Below are positions 57,329 through 64,000 of a stretch of DNA of 64,000 nucleotides, piece by piece (positions within the stretch are counted from its first letter, which is position 1; the number at the start of each line of letters is the position of its first letter). A program made the translations under genes and the position numbers. The notes below the pieces were generated by a model, which ran no database searches, was not told where the DNA came from, and saw only the letters and a program-made list of their open reading frames with translations. This DNA comes from Thermoanaerobaculia bacterium (lineage in GTDB: Bacteria; Acidobacteriota; Thermoanaerobaculia; Gp7-AA8). Location: positions 75,386 to 139,385 of the forward strand of contig JBBRTE010000011.1 of NCBI GenBank assembly GCA_038244715.1, written 5' to 3'.

Positions 57329-58060
57329 GTGGGCGATGCCTCCGAGTTTTCCTTCCCCGTCCGCGGCGTTCTGAAGGCCTACCGGTGGCGACGGATCGAT
57401 CCCATCCCCTGGACACCGCTACGGAAACCGCTGGCCGAGGCGACGGTGGCAGTCGTTTCCACCGCAGGGCTGGTATTGCCGGACCAGGCTCCATTCGATG
57501 AATCGATCCTGGGCGGTGACAGCAGCTTTCGTGTCATCGGCGGCCAGACGGATATCGCAACGCTGATCGATACGCACCGCAGCAGGAGCTTCGACCACGC
57601 GGGAATTCGCTCCGATCCCAATCTGGCGTTTCCACTCGATCGCGTGCGGGAGATGGCCGCGGAGCAGCGGATCGGCAGCGTCAGCAAGAACCATCTCTCA
57701 TTCATGGGATCGATCCCGGCACCGGGAAGGCTGATGCGACACTCGGCCCCGGTTGCAGCGCAACACCTGGTCGATTGCGGGGTGGACGTCGCGCTCCTAG
57801 TTCCGGTGTGACCCATGTGCAATCAGACGGTCTGTCTGATCGCCGCAGAGCTCGAGCGACGGGGCATCACCACCGTCTGCCTCATGCTTCTTCGCGAGGT
57901 CGCGGAGAAAGTCCGCCCACCTCGGGCGCTTTTCGTCCCGTTCCCGCACGGATACCCGCTCGGTAAACCCAACGACCCCGGCACGCAGCGACGCGTCGTC
58001 GAGGCGGCACTGGCGCTGACGGAGATGGATTCCATGGCGCCGCTGCTCGTTGATCTGTGA
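57329..58060 (+). CDS. small GrdB/PrdB-family selenoprotein (glycine/betaine/sarcosine/D-proline reductase protein-B-like) with Sec in a UxxCxxC motif. The in-frame UGA is at 57809-57811.
   Basis: ORFs 57329-57811 and 57815-58060 share a frame and are joined by TGA. The joined product is '...DCGVDVALLVPV-U-PMCNQTVCLIAAELERRGITTVCLML...'. This parallels the GrdB/PrdB Sec region, recalled from memory as '...VILTST-U-GTCTRCGATMVKEIERAGIPVV' and not checked. Confidence 0.65.
57822..57840 (+). promoter_or_regulatory. candidate bacterial SECIS hairpin (AUCAGAC-GGUCU-GUCUGAU) starting 11 nt 3' of the UGA
   Basis: Perfect 7-bp stem with a 5-nt apical loop containing GGU, and canonical spacing from the UGA. 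Confidence 0.5.
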
Positions 58061-58102
58061 GCGGCAAGGATCTGTGAGCGGCAACGGGTCAGGACCGTTC
58101 TC

Positions 58103-58987
58103 TCACACCTTCTTCTCGGCACGAACCTCGAGCATCCCCTTGCGCCGCCGCACGTCGAAGCAGCGAGCGGGATAGGTTGTCGGGCCGTTGATCACGTGAC
58201 CATCCTCGAGGGCCAACTCGGACCCGTGCCAGGGGCACTGGATGGCGTCGCCGACGATCTTCCCTTCGTTGAGAGGGCCGCCGAGGTGGGGACAGGTGTT
58301 CGTGAGTGCAAAGTTGCCCGTGCCGTGTTTGACGAGGACGATCGCCGTCTCCTCGATGTCCACTCGCATCGGTGTGTCCTCGGCGAGTTTCGCCTCCTCG
58401 ATGGCGCCGTGGAAATGCGCCGGCTGTCCGGCGCCGGCAGTCGCGGTGTGATCGACCCCGACCTGCTCGCCGAAGACCAGATGACCACCGAGATATGCAG
58501 ACGCACCGGAGATGGCGAAGCCGAGCATCGAGAGCGCCACTGCCTTCGAGCGCTGCTTCTTCCGGCGGCGCATGATCAGTGACGACGCGTAGAGTGCGGT
58601 CGCGCCGACGTTGAGAAGCCCGTGGAGGAGTCCGATCGTCTTTGCCCGGCCATCCGTCTCCGACCAGTCCGTCGCGCCGGTGACCGCCGCGCCGACGGCA
58701 CCGGCGAGCCCGAGGGCGATCGCGACATCAGCACCTCCCTCGAGATGGGAACGGCCGCTGAGTGTGCCAATCGCGTCGAGCACCATGGCGACCGTCCAAG
58801 CACCGACGGGGATGTCGGTCAGCACGGGATGCAACGGATGACCGAGCCAGGTGCCGTGAAGCGCGTTCTTGATCGCCTGACCCGCTTCGCCAGGAAACAG
58901 CTGGTGGATCGCCTGGGAAATGGGATCGGCGGCGGCCTCGAGCCAATCCTGCTTCGCAATCGCGTCGAAAATCACTTCATTGCTCAT
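58103..58987 (-). CDS. DUF2231-like membrane domain fused to a Rieske [2Fe-2S] domain
   Basis: N-terminal 'HPLHPVLTDIPVGAW' membrane domain. The C-terminal Rieske boxes are 'CPHLGGPL' and 'CPWHGSEL'. The start is at 'MSNEVIFD'. Confidence 0.7.
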   Translation of the reverse strand: MSNEVIFDAIAKQDWLEAAADPISQAIHQLFPGEAGQAIKNALHGTWLGHPLHPVLTDIPVGAWTVAMVLDAIGTLSGRSHLEGGADVAIALGLAGAVGAAVTGATDWSETDGRAKTIGLLHGLLNVGATALYASSLIMRRRKKQRSKAVALSMLGFAISGASAYLGGHLVFGEQVGVDHTATAGAGQPAHFHGAIEEAKLAEDTPMRVDIEETAIVLVKHGTGNFALTNTCPHLGGPLNEGKIVGDAIQCPWHGSELALEDGHVINGPTTYPARCFDVRRRKGMLEVRAEKKV

Positions 58988-59045
58988 GGGAGACGCGAGC
59001 GCAAGAGCGATGCCGGGGGGAACTCGTCGAAGAACCCTTTCGCGT

Positions 59046-59828
59046 CTACCTCTGGTGCGTACCGCAGAAATACGTCGTTCTGCCGAACACGACCGTGCGC
59101 TGGATCGTGCCGCCGCAGCGCGGACAACGTTCGCCTTCCTCGCGGTGCGGGATGAGGTAGCGGGACGGATAGTCGCCACCGCCGGACTTGAACGTGATCG
59201 CTTCCCTGAGGATGGCGCGCATGCCGGCATGGATCGCTTTCACCTCGACATCCGACAGCGTATCGACCGCACGGCGGGGATGGATCGACGCACGGTAGAG
59301 CGTCTCATCGACGTAGAGATTCCCGAGCCCGGCGATGATCTCCTGGGACATCAACAGGGATTTCACGGCGCCGCGCCGTCCAGCCACGATCCGGCGAAAT
59401 CGGGAGAGGCGGAAGCCGGGATCGAGCGGGTCGGGGCCGAGGTGATGCTCGAGGATGAAGTGGTCGGGATCGGGTGTGAGGTCGACGACACCGAAGAGGC
59501 GCATATCGTCGTACGCCAGGTGCGCGCCATTCTGGAATTCGAACACGACCCGCGCGAAGCGGGGCTGGTCCTCCGCACTTCGGTAGTACAAGAGATCGCC
59601 GCTCATGCCGAAGTGCAGGTGCAGCCACGCCGCTCCGGCGGCCACGAACAGATGCTTACCGTGGCGGCGGGTCTCCGTGAACATCGTACCGGTCATCGCC
59701 TTTGAAAACAGCGTCTTGCGGACGCCGAGGATGCGCTCGTCGAGCACGCGGACACGGCGAACGGGCTGGTGCAGAGCATGATCCGCGAAGTAGCGGCGGT
59801 AGAGCTCGACCTCCGGAAGCTCCGGCAT
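59046..59828 (-). CDS. mutM: formamidopyrimidine-DNA glycosylase / Nei family (Fpg-like)
   Basis: N-terminal 'MPELPEVE' with catalytic Pro2/Glu3. H2TH region. C-terminal zinc finger 'CPRCGGTIQRTVVFGRTTYFCGTHQ'. Confidence 0.75.
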   Translation of the reverse strand: MPELPEVELYRRYFADHALHQPVRRVRVLDERILGVRKTLFSKAMTGTMFTETRRHGKHLFVAAGAAWLHLHFGMSGDLLYYRSAEDQPRFARVVFEFQNGAHLAYDDMRLFGVVDLTPDPDHFILEHHLGPDPLDPGFRLSRFRRIVAGRRGAVKSLLMSQEIIAGLGNLYVDETLYRASIHPRRAVDTLSDVEVKAIHAGMRAILREAITFKSGGGDYPSRYLIPHREEGERCPRCGGTIQRTVVFGRTTYFCGTHQR

Positions 59829-59874
59829 GGTTGCCAAGTGTACGATGCGGAAAATTCAAAGCGAGGAAAAACGT

Positions 59875-60432
59875 ATGGCGCGCGTTGCTGATGCGGAAGT
59901 GAGCCAACTCGATCGATCCATCCAGGCAGTCCTCGACGCGCAGGCGAAGCAGTGGGGAGCACCGCTGCTGAATCATCTCGTCTACGCGCGCCGCCCCTCG
60001 ATCTTCAAGGGCGTGCGGATGATGTGGAGTGGTCTGGGCACGTCGGGGCTGATCGACGGACGGCTGGCCGCCCTGGTCAACCGGCGCGTCGCCTTTCTGA
60101 ACGGTTGCGAGTTCTGACAGGACATCAACGCTGCGGTCGGCAGCGCACTGGGAATCGCGGATGAAAAGCTGTTGTCCCTGGCGGACTGGCGGTCGTCGCC
60201 CCTGTTCGACGACCTCGAGCAGCTCGTGCTGGAGTTCGCAGACGCGATGACGATCACCGGAAGCGACGTTTCGGACGCGCTGTTTGCGCGGATTCGGGAA
60301 CGCTTCGATGACGATACGATCGTCGAGCTGACAGAGATCGTGGCGTGGGAAAACGCCTCGTCGAAATTCAATCGGGCTCTCAGGATTCCGTCGCAGAACC
60401 TGTGGCGGCGGGAAGCTACGGCGAAGGATTAG
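59875..60432 (+). CDS. AhpD-like / carboxymuconolactone decarboxylase-family selenoprotein with a CxxU redox motif. The in-frame UGA is at 60115-60117.
   Basis: ORFs 59827-60117 and 60172-60432 share a frame and are joined by TGA. The product is '...RVAFLNGCEF-U-QDINAAVGSALGI...'. This matches the AhpD 'NGCxxCxxxH' core with Sec at the second Cys. The start was chosen at 'MARVAD', which has the RBS GAGGAAAAA. The longer ORF would overlap the fpg start. Confidence 0.65.
60130..60144 (+). promoter_or_regulatory. candidate bacterial SECIS hairpin (GCUGC-GGUCG-GCAGC) 12 nt 3' of the UGA
   Basis: 5-bp GC-rich stem with a GGUCG apical loop. It could extend with flanking pairs. Confidence 0.45.
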
Positions 60433-60462
60433 CCCGGCGGAAGACGCCGGCGTCCCGCGGCG

Positions 60463-60735
60463 TCAGCGCTTGCGCTTGGGGCGGCCACCGCTCCACGTGG
60501 CGCGCAGCATTTCCACCATGCCGTCGGAGTCACTGGCATTCGACAACGTGACATCGCTCTGCGACGCGGCCTCGATCAACGCACGGATCAGTTCTGCGCG
60601 CGAGATCGCCACGCTATGCCGTAGCCGGATGTCGACGGCAATCCGGTCGAGGAAGGCTACCTGCCGGTCGAGCAGGACGACCGTGATTTTGGACCATGTA
60701 TCGGATTGGGGCGCCGCACTCTTCGTCATTGCCAT
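60463..60735 (-). CDS. ribbon-helix-helix (CopG/Arc/MetJ-like) domain protein
   Basis: 'ITVVLLDRQVAFLDRIAVDIRLRHSVAISRAELIRALIEA' fits the RHH beta-alpha-alpha pattern. A basic C-terminal tail is present. Confidence 0.45.
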   Translation of the reverse strand: MAMTKSAAPQSDTWSKITVVLLDRQVAFLDRIAVDIRLRHSVAISRAELIRALIEAASQSDVTLSNASDSDGMVEMLRATWSGGRPKRKR

Positions 60736-60753
60736 CGATCGTCCTTACACCGG

Positions 60754-62094
60754 TTACTGCTCGCTCACGACGACGCCGTCGCCCTCGAAGCGGATCTTGA
60801 ACCCTACTTCATCCGCGTCTTCGATCATGACATTTTCCAGGAGCTTGTCATCCATCACGGTCGGGATCACGTTCCCGGTCCAGGCCACGAGCGCATTCGA
60901 AGAGATCGACAGCGGATACTCGCGCGTGACCCGCAGCGTGAGCGGCTCGATGTGCGTGGAGATGGCCAGCGATCCCTTGCCGAAAATCTTCACGGTGTCG
61001 ATCTTGCGCTGATACGTGCCGTCGTAGATGGGCTCGACGCGATACGTGAGCGTGTCCTCGAGCGCGAGCAGATTGCCGCCCTCGACGTAGATGAATTCCT
61101 CATTGAGATCGAGCAGGAAAGTCTTGCGACCCTTCTCGTAGACGAAGATCTTGCCCTGCCCGACCGCTTTCACGAGGGTCTGCGCCGTGGTTCCGAGAAG
61201 GCCGGACTCCGCCACGAATTTGAGGTTCCCTGAATAGCTCGAGACCGTCCCGCGCTTTACATGGACGCTGCGGCCGAAATTGATCTCCAGGAATCCGTTC
61301 TCGTGCAGGGTGAATGTCTTCGACGCCCCCTCGATCTTGTGCGCGAGATCGATGCGCTTGTCGTCGGCAAGCTGCGTCTCATCGACGGCATCCTGCAGTT
61401 TGCGAGCTGCGGTGTGCGCCGTGTCCGGCACCTTGGGCGCCTCCACGGGGTTCCGCGTGCCGCCGGGCTGCGTCATCAGCGGGCGAACCTCCGCCAGCCG
61501 TGCGTCGGTGAGTGGGACGATCTTCTGTGTCGTGATTTTCTGTGTCGTGCTCTTCGGTGCCGCCGCGCTGGGTGGTGCCGCAGGGGGCGGAGAGGTGATC
61601 CCGGTAGGCCCTTTCGGGCGCATCTCGGCCTCCACCTCGCGCACGAGCTTGTCGGCGCCAGCGAACCGGAGATGCTCGAGTGCCAGCCCCGGCTTCCGGC
61701 GCTGACGATAGAGCAACCCGAGATACAGATGGGATTTGACGTAGTTCGGCCGCAGCTCGATCGCCCGCAACAGATAGTGCTCCGATTCGTCGAGCTTCCC
61801 CTGCTTGAATAGGATCAGTCCCAGATTCGAGTGGAGAATGAAGACGTTCGGGTTCTCGTTCGCCAGCCGGCGATAGATCACTTCCGCTTCCGGAAACGCG
61901 TTCGTCTTGAAGTAGATCAGGCCGAGAAGATTGAGGACGTCGGCGTCATCGGGGCGAAGGCGCTGCGCATTCTCCAGCTCACGCCGCGACTCAGCGTAGC
62001 GCGCTTCCTGAAATGCTTCACGTCCGCGGTTGTAGTGAAGAAGGAAGACGCCCTGGTCGAACGGAGGAGCGACGGCAGGGTCACGTTCGGGCAT
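60754..62094 (-). CDS. TPR-repeat protein with a PT-rich linker and a C-terminal beta-rich domain of unknown function (possibly AIM24/DUF124-like)
   Basis: Three or four TPR motifs in the N-terminal 150 aa ('...LNLLGLIYFKTNAFPEAEVIYRRL...NLGLILFKQGKLDESEHYLLRAIEL...'). The linker contains the tandem 'TTQKITTQKI'. Confidence 0.5.
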   Translation of the reverse strand: MPERDPAVAPPFDQGVFLLHYNRGREAFQEARYAESRRELENAQRLRPDDADVLNLLGLIYFKTNAFPEAEVIYRRLANENPNVFILHSNLGLILFKQGKLDESEHYLLRAIELRPNYVKSHLYLGLLYRQRRKPGLALEHLRFAGADKLVREVEAEMRPKGPTGITSPPPAAPPSAAAPKSTTQKITTQKIVPLTDARLAEVRPLMTQPGGTRNPVEAPKVPDTAHTAARKLQDAVDETQLADDKRIDLAHKIEGASKTFTLHENGFLEINFGRSVHVKRGTVSSYSGNLKFVAESGLLGTTAQTLVKAVGQGKIFVYEKGRKTFLLDLNEEFIYVEGGNLLALEDTLTYRVEPIYDGTYQRKIDTVKIFGKGSLAISTHIEPLTLRVTREYPLSISSNALVAWTGNVIPTVMDDKLLENVMIEDADEVGFKIRFEGDGVVVSEQ

Positions 62095-62148
62095 GGACGT
62101 CGTTGATTGTACCAGCGCTCGCCTCGGGAGCAGGCCGTCCTTCCCGCC

Positions 62149-62823
62149 TTAACGCGTACCGAGGTAGCGCATCCCGGGGAGAAGAGCCAGAAGCGGCTGC
62201 GTGCGGCTGGGGAACCCACCGGCAAGTCTGCGCCCGCCTCGCCCGCCCGCGAAGCTCGTCGCCTGAGCGTATGGCGCACCGTAGTAGACCGTGAGCGCCC
62301 GCTTCACGTACGTCATCGTCTCTTCGTACGGGGGGATGCCTCGATACTTCGCCACGGCACCATCGCCGGCGTTGTAGGCGGCCAGGACGCGATGCAGATC
62401 GCCCCGGTAACGCGCCAGCAGGTCGGCCAGGTTGTGGACGCCGCCCCGGATGTTCTCCTCAGGATCGAAGACATTGTGAACACCGTACTGACGCGCCGTC
62501 TCCGGCATCAGCTGCATCAACCCGCGGGCGCCCTTGTTGGAAACGCAACGGGGGTTGAAATCGGATTCGACCTGAATCACGGCGCGTACAAAGATCGGAT
62601 CGACGCGGTACTGCGCGGCATAACGGTCGATATACGCATCGAACGTGGAGCGCCGGTCGCGCTGTTTGGCCCACCAGTTCCAGTCACTGCCGTGGCCCGC
62701 AGAGGATGAGGCGCCGAAGTTGGAGATGACCTTGGAACCGTCGCGCTTCACCACGAGACGGACCTGCGCCTGAAGAGACCCGACCATCAGGGCCAGCGCG
62801 AGAGCAACGGAAAGGGGACGCAT
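62149..62823 (-). CDS. lytic transglycosylase (SLT domain), secreted
   Basis: Signal peptide 'MRPLSVALALALMVGSLQA'. The SLT catalytic block is 'VIQVESDFNPRCVSNKGARGLMQLMPETA...AYNAGDGAV'. Confidence 0.75.
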   Translation of the reverse strand: MRPLSVALALALMVGSLQAQVRLVVKRDGSKVISNFGASSSAGHGSDWNWWAKQRDRRSTFDAYIDRYAAQYRVDPIFVRAVIQVESDFNPRCVSNKGARGLMQLMPETARQYGVHNVFDPEENIRGGVHNLADLLARYRGDLHRVLAAYNAGDGAVAKYRGIPPYEETMTYVKRALTVYYGAPYAQATSFAGGRGGRRLAGGFPSRTQPLLALLPGMRYLGTR

Positions 62824-62867
62824 TGGGGAAATCGTAGCATGGGGTGCCGGGCCGGGCTCGCTGGGAC

Positions 62868-63194
62868 CTACTTTCGGGTCCAGCGATCGGCGTCGCGAAC
62901 GCGATACTTCGTCATCACTGCCTGAAACGCCTCGTCCAGATCGATTCCGAGGGAGTTGGCGAGACAGACCGCCACGAAGATCAGGTCGCAGAGCTCCTCG
63001 GCCACCTCCCCCTTCCCCTCGCCGCCCTTCGGCTTCTTGAAGCCCGCCTCGTGACTGAGAGCACGCGCCAGCTCCCCCAGCTCTTCGGTAAGCCGCGCGA
63101 GCATCGACAGCGGTGGAAAGTAGCCTTCCTTGAACTGGCCGATGTAGTCGTCGACGTCCTTCTGGATGGGAGCGAAACTCATCACCGATTGCAC
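62868..63194 (-). CDS. MazG-like nucleotide pyrophosphohydrolase (YpjD-type small MazG)
   Basis: 'LTEELGELARAL...EVAEELCDLIFVAVCLANSLGIDLDEAF' is the MazG EExxE motif pair. Confidence 0.7.
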   Translation of the reverse strand: MQSVMSFAPIQKDVDDYIGQFKEGYFPPLSMLARLTEELGELARALSHEAGFKKPKGGEGKGEVAEELCDLIFVAVCLANSLGIDLDEAFQAVMTKYRVRDADRWTRK

Positions 63195-63724
63195 ATCGCG
63201 TACGCCTCGCGAAATGTGGGATTGTCGATGAGCGCCTGGTTGATCTCGAAGTAGCTGCGGACGACGTCGTTCGTCTGCAGAAGGCGCCGGCGGAGGTCGA
63301 CGGCAATGGCGCGCCAGAATTTACTGGCGGCCGCCGGGTGCTGCTGAAGAAACGTCGCCAGTGCCTGCATCGGCAGCGACATCACCTCGGTATCCGCAAC
63401 AGCGCGCAGGGTGGCCGAGGCGACGCCGTCTTCGATGATTGACAGCTCGCCGAAGCTCTGTCCCGTCACGAGATCGCAGAGAGGCACTTCCCGGTCGTTC
63501 ACGTTCCTGGACACCCGGATCCGGCCACTCTTCAGGACGTGGAGGGCCCGGTTTGCGTTTCCCTCGGCCAGAATTGTGTCCTCCGGCCCGAAGTGATGGA
63601 GCACCATCGACCGGCCGATCCCGGCGAGCTCCTCCTGGTCAAATTCGACGAAGAGACCTACGTTCCGCAAGAAAGATGAGTCTTCCACATGTCCCCCGTG
63701 ATCTGGGCTATGATGGCGCCACAA
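63182..63724 (-). CDS. cyclic-nucleotide-binding (cNMP/Crp-like) domain protein
   Basis: 'FGPEDTILAEGNANRALHVLKSGRIRV...GQSFGELSIIEDGVASATLRAVADTEV' is the cNMP-binding beta-barrel and phosphate-binding cassette. There is no C-terminal HTH. Confidence 0.65.
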   Translation of the reverse strand: MWRHHSPDHGGHVEDSSFLRNVGLFVEFDQEELAGIGRSMVLHHFGPEDTILAEGNANRALHVLKSGRIRVSRNVNDREVPLCDLVTGQSFGELSIIEDGVASATLRAVADTEVMSLPMQALATFLQQHPAAASKFWRAIAVDLRRRLLQTNDVVRSYFEINQALIDNPTFREAYAMCNR

Positions 63725-63802
63725 TTAAATCGAATAAAGCCGGACCAGCACGCTGAACCCGAAGAGTACAGCGGCTCGGCTGGCGCTTCCAAGGAGGACC
63801 GT

Positions 63803-64000
63803 ATGGATGGCCTCTTACGAGCTCTGATCAAGACTGTCCGTCGCCGGGTGCGCGCCGACGAAGAGCTGACGGTCGAAGCCGTGACCAAGGAGCTCGGATA
63901 CACGCGTCAGTACGTGTCCGGCCGTTTCCATCGCATCACCGGCCGCCTGCTGAGCCACTTCCTCAAAGAGAAGCGACTGGAGAAGGCGGCGCGGCTGCTG
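63803..64000 (+). CDS. 5' part of an AraC-family HTH transcriptional regulator gene that runs off the window
   Basis: ATG at 63803 with the RBS AAGGAGGA. 'LTVEAVTKELGYTRQYVSGRFHRITGRLLSHFLKEKRLEKAARLL' is an AraC-type HTH. Confidence 0.45.
   Translation, partial: MDGLLRALIKTVRRRVRADEELTVEAVTKELGYTRQYVSGRFHRITGRLLSHFLKEKRLEKAARLL

Overview
High-GC bacterial chromosomal window, perhaps 65-68% GC by eye (not computed). The gene content is soil-bacterium-like and an Acidobacteria- or Gemmatimonadetes-type genome is a guess; the taxon cannot be determined from this sequence alone. It holds about 60 genes, mostly housekeeping and envelope functions. Recognised core genes include lpxC, smpB, accD-folC, glyA, sirC/cysG-N, pilT, ruvX, mltG, fpg, tRNA-Gly(GCC), the DUF4390-ntrY-ntrX module, a giant NAD-glutamate dehydrogenase, a tricorn protease, a split methylmalonyl-CoA mutase catalytic subunit and a topoisomerase IB.

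Features beyond routine annotation:
- Three candidate selenoproteins. A Bcp/PrxQ peroxiredoxin, a small GrdB/PrdB-family UxxCxxC protein and an AhpD-like CxxU protein each appear in the ORF track as two same-frame ORFs joined by a single TGA. Each TGA sits where the family's redox cysteine belongs, and each is followed roughly 8-13 nt later by a short hairpin with a GGUY apical loop, as expected for a bacterial SECIS.
- A MamK-family actin-like protein whose start overlaps the stop of an Amidase_3 cell-wall amidase (TAATG). No other magnetosome genes are nearby.
- A PilT retraction ATPase followed by a zinc-ribbon/pseudo-receiver protein, and a stand-alone pilin with a candidate sigma-54 promoter.
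- A dispersed set of GT-C membrane glycosyltransferases (PMT/ArnT/YfhO-like) together with a Dpm1/Ppm1-like polyprenol-phosphate mannose synthase.
- A degenerate kinase fused to a TonB C-terminal domain.
- An archaeal-type (type II) GAPDH.
- A frameshifted EAL-domain gene.

No CRISPR arrays, rRNA genes or obvious mobile elements were seen. Gene-start coordinates are inferred by codon arithmetic from the supplied ORF track.
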